This document shows, one piece after another, positions 46,245 through 54,620 of a stretch of DNA of 64,000 nt. Within the stretch, counting starts at the first letter, position 1. Each line of letters begins with the position of its first letter. Position numbers and translations under genes: made by a program. A model generated the notes under the pieces. That model saw only the letters and a list, made by a program, of their open reading frames with translations, did not search any database and had not been told where the DNA came from. This stretch comes from a virus, in the IMG/VR virus record IMGVR_UViG_2935656913_000002; one strand, written 5' to 3'.

Positions 46245-47864
46245 TTACTTTGCCTTCTTAAGGATGACGGGACGTTTCTTAGTTGCAGGTCCCTGCAATT
46301 CGATTTTCTCGTCGGCGGTGAGAGGGATTGCCGGTATAGCCGCCGTATCAGGCATGATAGCACTATCGAATACATCGCGGCGAACAAAGGTATCAAGAGG
46401 ACCATCACAAGGGTCCACGAAACCGGCCAGCCCCATAGTGTGGTGAATGGCTCCGCGAGCGTAGGTAAAGGTTGTTCTGATCCCCATATCCCCAATGCTG
46501 ACCCCCATGTGCCCGGCCTTCTGAAGATAGGCAACCACGTCTGCGAACGTGTACTTTTTGCCCTTGAGTTCTTGGCAGAACCGGATGACCGCGCCGGAGG
46601 TCTTGAACCGGTTGATATGCCCCCTCGCCTGCACTTCGATCTCATCCGCGAGCGCGCTGATGCTCTTTTTGGCGTTGTACTTCTCGCGGATGGTATCCCG
46701 CCATGGCAGGATCATATCGCGAGCCTCTTGCTTGTTCTCCCTGATCCACATGAGGGTCGCTAGTAGAGCCGCCTTGTCCTTCGGCTCAATGACAAAAGGG
46801 TAATCCTTGAAGAAGGATTGCTGATAGTCAGAGACCGGAATAACACCGGGAAGCCCCATGTAAAGAGCCTCAAACAGTCCGGTAGGATGATCAAGATGAG
46901 ACATAGGGCAAATAAAAGCATGGTAACCCCTCAGTTGCCGGATAAAGTTTGCCCGATTGTTATTTTCGAGGATGCGGAACTGTTTCCCAAGGTTAGCAAA
47001 ATCAAATCCAATCTTGCTAAGTTTGCTGCGCATCGGTCCCCCAAGCGCACCAGAGAGGGAGATGGTGAGACGTACGTCTTCCATCCCCGACTTGAACAGG
47101 TAATCAAACCAAGGAAGGTACTCAATATAACTAACGCCAAAAATGCGACCGATACTAACAACGTTAAAACCACTCTCGTATTTCCAGCGGTCGGGGTCGT
47201 AGAGGGGATCGAGTTGGTCGCACTCGATACCTGCCGGGATAATTTTCGATTGCTTGTGCGCGAATTCATTGACCCGGCTCGTTACAAAGATTTCCGCCAT
47301 TTCCTTAGTGACTTCCGCCCGATTGTGGTCGGAGAGGAAGACGGTCGAGTCAGAGGCAAGGTACCCAAGGCACTGGGAAAGCCAGTACGCCTCGCCGGAA
47401 TTCTGTCGCTGCTGCGTCTGCGGGAATTCTTCGATAAGAACAACGGGCATTCCATAGCCCTTGTCAGTGTAATTGCCACCATTGTCGTGGAACCGTGGCG
47501 GCTCCAAGATACGTTTGTAATGGGCGGCGAGAGAGTTCCGCGAGGTACATAGCACGTCAACGTGATACTTGCCCGCAACTCGATTGAACAGATTAAAAAA
47601 CTCGTCCGTAACCAGCCCATCCACCACGAACTGATCTTGAATAGCAGTGGTACGGATGATCCCGACATGAGGGTGGTTCTCGATTTCGTCGGGGGTGTAC
47701 TTGGCTTCGTCAGGTACCATCCAGTAGACATAGTGACCTCGCTTAACGAGTTCGCGGACAAGCGTCACGTACTTGCGGTAGGTGCTGGACCCTGAGAGAT
47801 TGCTGATTTGAACGTAGACAGGGTCGATCAATATCCGCAAACGCGGCCTATAGACTTCGGGCAC
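46245..47864 (-). CDS. GT-B (GT4-like) glycosyltransferase
   Basis: LV.RGH.V, IIPAGI, SIGRI, AFICP......PTGLFEALYMGLPGV (EAxxxGxPV motif). Confidence 0.75.
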   Translation of the reverse strand: MPEVYRPRLRILIDPVYVQISNLSGSSTYRKYVTLVRELVKRGHYVYWMVPDEAKYTPDEIENHPHVGIIRTTAIQDQFVVDGLVTDEFFNLFNRVAGKYHVDVLCTSRNSLAAHYKRILEPPRFHDNGGNYTDKGYGMPVVLIEEFPQTQQRQNSGEAYWLSQCLGYLASDSTVFLSDHNRAEVTKEMAEIFVTSRVNEFAHKQSKIIPAGIECDQLDPLYDPDRWKYESGFNVVSIGRIFGVSYIEYLPWFDYLFKSGMEDVRLTISLSGALGGPMRSKLSKIGFDFANLGKQFRILENNNRANFIRQLRGYHAFICPMSHLDHPTGLFEALYMGLPGVIPVSDYQQSFFKDYPFVIEPKDKAALLATLMWIRENKQEARDMILPWRDTIREKYNAKKSISALADEIEVQARGHINRFKTSGAVIRFCQELKGKKYTFADVVAYLQKAGHMGVSIGDMGIRTTFTYARGAIHHTMGLAGFVDPCDGPLDTFVRRDVFDSAIMPDTAAIPAIPLTADEKIELQGPATKKRPVILKKAK

Positions 47865-47968
47865 CTTGGCACCTACCGGATTATGAGCAGAAGAAGGGAC
47901 GGAGGCACCACGGACAGCGCGGTTTGCGGCCGTTCGGTAAGCGCCCCCGCCAGTGACAGTGAGGCGTT

Positions 47969-48355
47969 TTACACGCTACGATTGGACATGAAGTCATTGA
48001 GCTTGTGCTCCACCACGTCCTCAAGAAGCGCGAGATTTTCGCCCGCGAGTTCCTTCGCCAGCATGAGTAGATGCTTGCCCTCGGCGTCGCGGCCGATCAC
48101 GTCGCCCGGGATGATAACGAAGCCATCGACCTTGAGACCGACGCCGATATCGCCGCCCTTCTCGGTGATCACGACGTTGGGCCAGAACGCCGAGCGCTTC
48201 GCCTCATCGAGCGTCAGCCGCTTGCGGCGCGGGGTGGCGAGTACTTCCCCGTTTTCGTCGGGAGTTGCAGGGGCCTGCAATTCGAGCTTCGCCACATCCG
48301 CTGACGTGACGGTTTCCGAGATCGAGAGAGATTTATCGGCCATAATCGGCTCCAC
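47969..48355 (-). CDS. Hypothetical protein
   Basis: 128-aa ORF with normal codon use. Confidence 0.6.
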   Translation of the reverse strand: MEPIMADKSLSISETVTSADVAKLELQAPATPDENGEVLATPRRKRLTLDEAKRSAFWPNVVITEKGGDIGVGLKVDGFVIIPGDVIGRDAEGKHLLMLAKELAGENLALLEDVVEHKLNDFMSNRSV

Positions 48356-48382
48356 ATTGATTTGTGGGCCAATCTTACATTT

Positions 48383-48757
48383 TTAGATCACTGGGCACAA
48401 GATGACGCGCTTCTTGAGCACCATGCAGCGCTGTAAGAGCGGGACCATGGCCGCGAACAGCCCGTCCCAGAACACGACGACCGCATCCGCTTCGTTGATG
48501 ATCGCGAGGTTGCGCGTATCGAACACCTGTTGCGCGGTGATCTTGACCCCGCTATCGCTCTGGTAGTTTGGGGGGATGGGAGTGAAGTCGATGCCGTTCT
48601 CCTTGGCGTACGCTTCCGCGAGTGCTTCGACACCCTTGCCGCCGCCCGCGATAATGCCCGTTAGATCGGGAATAGCCCCCAAGCAACCGGCCACATGTTG
48701 TTTGTTGGTGTACAACTGGAACCGCAACTCGCGAGGGCCGAACACTGCATAGCGCAT
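48383..48757 (-). CDS. SLOG-superfamily (YspA/DUF2493-like) protein
   Basis: AVFGPR, IIAGGGKGVEALAE.YA...GI, RN..I...D.VVVFWDG. Confidence 0.75.
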   Translation of the reverse strand: MRYAVFGPRELRFQLYTNKQHVAGCLGAIPDLTGIIAGGGKGVEALAEAYAKENGIDFTPIPPNYQSDSGVKITAQQVFDTRNLAIINEADAVVVFWDGLFAAMVPLLQRCMVLKKRVILCPVI

Positions 48758-49069
48758 TGATCTCAGTCCTATAGCGAAGCAACCTTAGCGCTATAGGACT
48801 TGATTTTGCAGGTTCTTGCAATCCTTGCAGATTTTTAGGCGATGACCACGCGATTAGCCGAACGTGACGGGCGCGGCGGCTTCTTATTCGGATGCGCTTT
48901 GATCTCTGTTGGTTCGCCATCCACTAGGCGGAAAGTCACAAGACTGCCTTTTTGGCACCCACCGTGATCCACGCGGACCCGTTGCCATTCGTTACGCGCT
49001 CGCCGTTGTGGTGCACGGCAATCGAACGAAAATATCTGTGGACCGCATTTTCGAGTTCGGTAGGCATCA

Positions 49070-49606
49070 CTAATCTCCATCGATGACAGAAAAATCACCG
49101 TCGATCACTGTCCCCTCGCCGTCCGAAGGAACGCCGCCCTTGAATTCCTTGTCGAACATTTGCCGCGTCTTGGCGGGCTCACTGGGCCGGGGTACCGCGA
49201 TATAGTGCCGGTGCACGTGCACGGGCTTAGGTTCGTCCTCAGTGGCGGTAGGCAGTTGGTTGATGACGCGGGAGATGGCCGAGTACTCGCCGTACGCGTT
49301 GACGTATACCGTAGTCTCGATCTCGACCTTGTCGCGGGCAAAACTCGTCTCGTTCTCGGTGACGGCCCGAACCATGCTGACCGTACGGTTGCCCTTTTGG
49401 GTCGGGACCGAGATAACCAGCCCCTCGCTCTTGAGCCGCTGCACTTGCGCGTTGACGCTCTGATATTCTTCCTTGAGGGAGTTCGCGATCTGGGTGATGG
49501 TCATGTCACCCTTCTCTTTAAGCTCCCGGAAAATGCGGCCTGAAAGCATCCCGATCTTGAGGAGCGGATGGCGGCCCTTGGTGACGCGGCGGTTCTGTAA
49601 ACTCAT
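49070..49606 (-). CDS. Winged helix-turn-helix protein
   Basis: MTITQIANSLKEEYQSVNAQVQRLKSEGLV. Confidence 0.7.
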   Translation of the reverse strand: MSLQNRRVTKGRHPLLKIGMLSGRIFRELKEKGDMTITQIANSLKEEYQSVNAQVQRLKSEGLVISVPTQKGNRTVSMVRAVTENETSFARDKVEIETTVYVNAYGEYSAISRVINQLPTATEDEPKPVHVHRHYIAVPRPSEPAKTRQMFDKEFKGGVPSDGEGTVIDGDFSVIDGD

Positions 49607-49609
49607 GGC

Positions 49610-49852
49610 TTAGTCTGTGACCTCGACGTAGTCGCTTCCGAGTTCGTCTTGCAGGTATTTCTCGATGCGATCGAACTGTTCCTCTTGCGCATCCGAGACG
49701 TACGCATGCCGCTTGTATTGCTCGAATTTCTTGTGATAGTCGAGCAAGAATTTGTGGTCAAACTCGGTGAGCAAATGGTCGTTGGTCAATCCATGAAAGA
49801 CCACTGCGCGCAAACGATCAAATTCAGATTTGGGGAGAAGCGTATCGGCCAT
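49610..49852 (-). CDS. Hypothetical protein
   Basis: ATG immediately follows a palindrome copy; MADTLLPK. Confidence 0.6.
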   Translation of the reverse strand: MADTLLPKSEFDRLRAVVFHGLTNDHLLTEFDHKFLLDYHKKFEQYKRHAYVSDAQEEQFDRIEKYLQDELGSDYVEVTD

Positions 49853-49870
49853 GTTGCAGGTCCCTGCAAA

Positions 49871-49911
49871 TAAAAGGCCCGCCAGCAGGGGGTAACCTAT
49901 AGCTGGCGGGC
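49871..49911 (-). terminator. Intrinsic terminator
   Basis: 10-bp stem GCCCGCCAGC/GCTGGCGGGC followed by CTTTTATTT. Confidence 0.6.
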
Positions 49912-49985
49912 TAGTCACTCTCTCGAAAGCTCGAACAGGTAGTCGGAGCCTTCGGGTTAATTATTATCGCAGATTATTAGCCGTG

Positions 49986-50216
49986 TCAAGCCGCGAGAAC
50001 CGGCGCGAGATGTTTCACGTATTCGTGGCCGTGCCTCGTAAGGACCAGAAGCATCGATGTACAGTCGAGCTTGATCAGGTTCTCATGCTTCAGCAGGTAA
50101 ATAGCGTTCTGCTCCATTTGCGCCTTACTGCGCGTCGGCTGTTGGCCCTTGGAAATCTCCACAAGGATACGTGTCGCTATTGCCCGCACGTTCTTGGTTG
50201 GTTTTTCATTTCTCAT
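49986..50216 (-). CDS. Small hypothetical protein (possible wHTH)
   Basis: 76-aa ORF; LLKHENLI pattern. Confidence 0.5.
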   Translation of the reverse strand: MRNEKPTKNVRAIATRILVEISKGQQPTRSKAQMEQNAIYLLKHENLIKLDCTSMLLVLTRHGHEYVKHLAPVLAA

Positions 50217-50230
50217 GGGTGATGCTGCCC

Positions 50231-50258
50231 TGTGGATAAGTCCCGGAAGTTATCCACA
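50231..50258. promoter_or_regulatory. Inverted pair of consensus DnaA boxes
   Basis: TGTGGATAA (50231-39), 10-bp spacer, TTATCCACA (50250-58). Confidence 0.7.
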
Positions 50259-50291
50259 GTATACCCCGCGCCGACACTTGGGCCAATGCGG

Positions 50292-50320
50292 TTGTGACAA
50301 GGAACCTAGAAGACTACAAT
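50292..50320 (+). promoter_or_regulatory. Putative promoter for the lone plus-strand gene
   Basis: TTGTGA-N17-TACAAT. Confidence 0.5.
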
Positions 50321-50360
50321 CGCGTTGTTAGTTACTCTCTCAAAACCTCAAGAGGATCAC

Positions 50361-51149
50361 ATGGCTATCAAGTCCATCGACGAACGCGCTGCCGAAAACG
50401 AAACGGCCGCCTCGACGGATACTCCTGCTCCGGTCGTTGCGCCGACCGAGACCCCTGCCCCCGATGCTCCCGCTCCCGTGGTCGCGCCGACCGAGCCGAA
50501 ACTTGCCGAGGCCGACGGCGTGACCAAGACGCCCGCCGAGGCTGTGACGAACAGCGACGGCACGAAGACCGCTGATCTCGGCACTGTCGAGCAGCCGAAG
50601 GACGAGACCCTGCCCGGTACCGGCACGGACAACTCCCCGGCAGTCGCCCTCTCCGATCCGGCCGTGACCAAGACGCCGGTTGCCGAGGTCGAGCAGGCTG
50701 CGATGTTCGCGCCGGACGAAGTCAGTCATGCGACGGCTGTCCCGCCCGCTCCGATCATCCAGCACATGGACCCGTCTGCGGTGATGCCGACCAACGTTTC
50801 GGAAAGCATCTCGGAGACGCCGACCGCTTCCGTCGCCACCGGTGCTCCCCCGGCCAGCGGCATGGCGGCCGAGACCGGCGAACTCGCGAATATCGAAGTG
50901 GCAAAGCTGCCGGTCATCACCGACCCGGCCGACGTTCGGCAGCTTAAGGACGGGCAGCACTTCCTCGCGAAGTTCGCTCACGATCCCGAAGGCGACACCG
51001 GTTGGAGCGCGAGGCAAATCCTCAAGGAACTGATGAGCGGCCAGATGATCCGGCACGGCATCTCGGTTTTGTTCTGGCAGGCCGGGCACCATCTGTGGCG
51101 CTCGCCCATCGCCCGCAAGCAGGGTCGCAATTTCATTATGATCGACTGA
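50361..51149 (+). CDS. Acidic Pro/Ala/Thr-rich protein with a small C-terminal globular domain
   Basis: GAGG RBS, GC3-rich codons, own promoter and terminator. Confidence 0.75.
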   Translation: MAIKSIDERAAENETAASTDTPAPVVAPTETPAPDAPAPVVAPTEPKLAEADGVTKTPAEAVTNSDGTKTADLGTVEQPKDETLPGTGTDNSPAVALSDPAVTKTPVAEVEQAAMFAPDEVSHATAVPPAPIIQHMDPSAVMPTNVSESISETPTASVATGAPPASGMAAETGELANIEVAKLPVITDPADVRQLKDGQHFLAKFAHDPEGDTGWSARQILKELMSGQMIRHGISVLFWQAGHHLWRSPIARKQGRNFIMID

Positions 51150-51175
51150 AGTTGCAGGCACCTGCAAGCAAAATT

Positions 51176-51204
51176 AAACCCCGGAGTGATCCGGGGTTTT
51201 TTTA
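51176..51204. terminator. Bidirectional intrinsic terminator
   Basis: AAACCCCGGA-GTGA-TCCGGGGTTT with a T run; lies between convergent genes. Confidence 0.85.
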
Positions 51205-51237
51205 TTGTCACACTTCCACTGTCCCTGAAGCGGCGCG

Positions 51238-52566
51238 CTAGACGCCGAAGTTAGCGGCGTCCACCGTTGCCCATAAGGCGCTACCCGGCCCGATCGGATG
51301 CAGCAGATCGCCCGCGAGATTGCTGGAAAGACTCGCCCCCAAGGCGTCAAAAGCCGCATAGGCATCGATAAAGCCCCAACGTTGGCCTGCCCATCCAGAT
51401 CGGATTGTTGCGAACCGATCTGCCGCCGCAGCCGCCCCGGCATCCAACCGCTTATTCTCAGCGGTGGCGACCCAAGGGATCGTCGCGCTTGGGAAAATTC
51501 CTCGGATATCTGAAACCAGACCCTGATACGACGTGAAGAACTTTGCTGTCGTGTCGTCAGCCGCATCGTTGTTGTGGCCGAGGCTTCCAATGACGATATT
51601 CGGCTGCTCCGGAACCATTATGCTGGCTCTGGTCCGGTGATAACTGATGGTCGCTCCTGCAATGCTACCGTTATAGATTTTCAGAACGCGCGAGTTCGCA
51701 AGCGTGTAGATCGAAATTCGGTCGATAATTCCCGTCGAAACTGGAGCGCCGTAATAGGACGTGCTGCCGAGGTCTGCATTTTGCGCAGATGTCAGAAAAC
51801 GTCCACAGGAAACGCCATTGAGAGAGGCACCAACCCAGAGGCCGTTACAGATCAACTTGACGGTATATGTATCGCCTACCGTCAAAGTCGTCGAGACAGA
51901 GGCAAGGTTGACCGTTCCAGCGCTCGTCTTTACGAACAAGGTGACACCTCCTGATGTCACCTGGATGAACACCCGATAGTCACTTGCCGCGTTAACTCTC
52001 CCCATGAATTGATATGTGCCAGAGGAAAGGGCCACAAAATCGATCTCGTAGATCAACTTCGTGCCGCTGGTGGCGAAGGTGGTTTGAAGGATGGCGCTCG
52101 CGGCCGGTGCAATCGCACGATTGCTGCTGATCGTCCATGAGTTAGCATTCCAGGTCTGGCCGCCGCTCGTGACAGTCCCGGCTGAACCGTCCGCGCGATT
52201 AAAAGTATCCTCGAATTGAAGCGCGCCGCGCTGCTCGTTGAAGGTGCTGCTAAAGCTGTTTGTGTTGTGGTCGTAGGTTTGCAGTGTATCCGAAAACGTC
52301 ATGAACTCGCCGAGATAGGCGGGAAACACGGGAAGCAGCCTCTGCGAAACGAACAGCGCTATATGCTCATCCAGCGCATTCGACGTGCTATCAGAAATCA
52401 CCGTCAAATTCAGATCAGAGACCCCCGCCGCCATCTGCGCCGTGAAGGCGCGAGCAATCGCGGCTGGGTTACTCCCTCCCCCAAAAGGACCGAGTGAGCC
52501 ATGTTTTGCGCCCGGCAAATACAAGCCGCGATTGCTCTTGATGATACCGGGTGCCTGCACAGTCAT
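51238..52566 (-). CDS. SGNH-hydrolase-like fibre/spike protein with an inserted beta-sandwich domain
   Basis: Blocks ISDST, GSIAG, LGHNND, DLLHP. Confidence 0.65.
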   Translation of the reverse strand: MTVQAPGIIKSNRGLYLPGAKHGSLGPFGGGSNPAAIARAFTAQMAAGVSDLNLTVISDSTSNALDEHIALFVSQRLLPVFPAYLGEFMTFSDTLQTYDHNTNSFSSTFNEQRGALQFEDTFNRADGSAGTVTSGGQTWNANSWTISSNRAIAPAASAILQTTFATSGTKLIYEIDFVALSSGTYQFMGRVNAASDYRVFIQVTSGGVTLFVKTSAGTVNLASVSTTLTVGDTYTVKLICNGLWVGASLNGVSCGRFLTSAQNADLGSTSYYGAPVSTGIIDRISIYTLANSRVLKIYNGSIAGATISYHRTRASIMVPEQPNIVIGSLGHNNDAADDTTAKFFTSYQGLVSDIRGIFPSATIPWVATAENKRLDAGAAAAADRFATIRSGWAGQRWGFIDAYAAFDALGASLSSNLAGDLLHPIGPGSALWATVDAANFGV

Positions 52567-52616
52567 CTATTTTTGCCTTTGTTAGTTGCAGGTACCTGCA
52601 AAGTTTGAGAGATTGG

Positions 52617-53939
52617 CTACGGGGACAGGCCGAGAACCGTCCGAATACCGGAAGCGTACAACGGTGCGAGGCCGGGGCACCCCACGTCCGGTGTGCGGTG
52701 CGAGCCATCCGGGCCAACCCAAGTATCTGCATTGCCGTTACCCGTCGTCGCACCGACGTGCCCGGTGCCGTGTTCGAAATCGGCGGCATAGCCGTCAACG
52801 TTGAAGACAAGTCTCCCATAGCGAGGATCAGCTGCAACGGCATTCTTCATCGCGTCATACCGGGCTTGCGTGATGATATAGGCCCCCGCAATGCCACGGC
52901 GAGGGGGAGATAATTTGATGACCGGAACGTCGGGCCATACCGCTCCCAGCGCATTGTAGAACAGCGTAACCTCGGCCCCAATCGCAGCCGGTGTTTGCGC
53001 GTCGTCATTGGCCCCGGCAAAGTCAAGAATTAGATCGGGCTTGGTCCGGTTCGTGACTTCGTTGGGTAAGCGAGCCCGCATGGTCTCGGTGCCCGCGATA
53101 GATGTGAACAGATAGCCGCTTCCGCCCTGCCCCTGACACCTGATGTTGGCAACGCCAAGCTGCTGTTTCAGCAAGTGAGCGTGGCCAATGAACCGCGAAA
53201 TCTGTGGTGATGTCGTTCCAGCCGGATGGCTGTCGCCCAGCACGAGAATGAGCGGCCCACCCGGATCGTATTTCTGGATCGTGCCCTGAACATCAACGCC
53301 TGCAAAATACAGGAAGTTGTCGCACTCAATGCGATACTTGCGGCTCAACACAGAACCGTTGGCGATTTTGACTCGGTGAGCGGAGTAGTCTGCAAGCGCC
53401 TGAATATCAGTACGCGGCGCGGTTGTGGCACCCGCTACTCGGAACCCGTTGCCGTCGCCGATATCAATGGAGATACGATAGGTCGCGTCGAAAATGTTGA
53501 CGGCATTGAAGGACAAATCGATGTCCGCATCAGAACATTGGAAATAAACATCGAACGTGCCCTGATAGCCGTTGCCGGTGCCAAAGTTGGAGCCGACCCC
53601 CTTTGCTCTGGTAGGTCCGGGCGGGCCTCCAGTTGCCTCGGTCGCAACCGCGCCAGCTACATAGGTAAACAGCGGATCGGTTGCGGCGTATTTGGCATCG
53701 TAGTTGCCAGGAACTACTGTGCTGGTAGCGTTTGCCGAAGCGTTCATGGTGATGGTCGGCGGGGACGGCATCGCCGTAAGCGTCTTTGCCGCCAACCCAT
53801 TCGCTCGCAAAAGCGCAATTTTCGCCGGGACCGCTGCCCCCGCCGTCCGTAAGGGACCGAGTGAGCCATCAGCTTGTTTTGCCCCGGGAACATGAAGACC
53901 GTGACGGCACTTGATGATGCCCGGGGCAAAGAGTGACAT
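52617..53939 (-). CDS. SGNH/GDSL-hydrolase fibre/spike protein
   Basis: LGDSH, GQGGSGY, AGAND, DGSH. Confidence 0.78.
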   Translation of the reverse strand: MSLFAPGIIKCRHGLHVPGAKQADGSLGPLRTAGAAVPAKIALLRANGLAAKTLTAMPSPPTITMNASANATSTVVPGNYDAKYAATDPLFTYVAGAVATEATGGPPGPTRAKGVGSNFGTGNGYQGTFDVYFQCSDADIDLSFNAVNIFDATYRISIDIGDGNGFRVAGATTAPRTDIQALADYSAHRVKIANGSVLSRKYRIECDNFLYFAGVDVQGTIQKYDPGGPLILVLGDSHPAGTTSPQISRFIGHAHLLKQQLGVANIRCQGQGGSGYLFTSIAGTETMRARLPNEVTNRTKPDLILDFAGANDDAQTPAAIGAEVTLFYNALGAVWPDVPVIKLSPPRRGIAGAYIITQARYDAMKNAVAADPRYGRLVFNVDGYAADFEHGTGHVGATTGNGNADTWVGPDGSHRTPDVGCPGLAPLYASGIRTVLGLSP

Positions 53940-54262
53940 TAGATGCCCTCGATCACAACAAGAGTGGTGCCGAGGGTCGAAATGGCGTTGATAGCATTGC
54001 TGGGGACCATCGCGGGTTCCCAGCTACCGCCCTGCCCGCCCGCTGCCGTGGTCGCGGGATCGAGGCCCATGCCGTCGGCCTGCGCACTCGGATTGGTGTC
54101 CGTCTTGATCGTGGCCGGGTTGGCGTTGCCGACGTTCTGCACCAGCAGATAACGACGACCCTTGTTCTGGGCCGCGATCTGACGAGCTACGCCCGGCGCG
54201 AGCACGTAGACGCTGGTGGTGCAGGTAACGCGGTTGTCAGTACCGGGGCTGAATGGCGGCAT
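53939..54262 (-). CDS. Small beta-rich putative structural protein
   Basis: RRYLLVQN motif; MPPFSPG start. Confidence 0.6.
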   Translation of the reverse strand: MPPFSPGTDNRVTCTTSVYVLAPGVARQIAAQNKGRRYLLVQNVGNANPATIKTDTNPSAQADGMGLDPATTAAGGQGGSWEPAMVPSNAINAISTLGTTLVVIEGI

Positions 54263-54302
54263 CTTGGTAGTCCTCTCTTGTTGTTGCAGGTACCTGCAAG
54301 GT

Positions 54303-54605
54303 TTACGAAGCGGCCCTGCCCCACACCGGGGCGGTCGCGGGCGGCGGATCACACACGGCTGCGCCGAAGTCAGGGCAAGTGCTTTCGTCCCCGTCCCAGA
54401 GGAAGCCACAATAGAAGCCGGGCAGTTGATTGTTATTTTCGTCAAACAACACACCCGAAGCGCCGTTGTAAGCGTCGATATTGAAATAGGTCCCATTGAC
54501 ACGACCATCGGGCGGAAAGCCATAGCTTGTATCAATACCGATTGCGGTCAATGCCGCTTTCGCCGCCGTGTCATCGTCATAATGCAAAACAAGTGCAACA
54601 CTCAT
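54303..54605 (-). CDS. Hypothetical protein
   Basis: 100-aa acidic ORF directly after the large fibre-like gene. Confidence 0.55.
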   Translation of the reverse strand: MSVALVLHYDDDTAAKAALTAIGIDTSYGFPPDGRVNGTYFNIDAYNGASGVLFDENNNQLPGFYCGFLWDGDESTCPDFGAAVCDPPPATAPVWGRAAS

Positions 54606-54620
54606 AGTGGCTTCCTTTTG

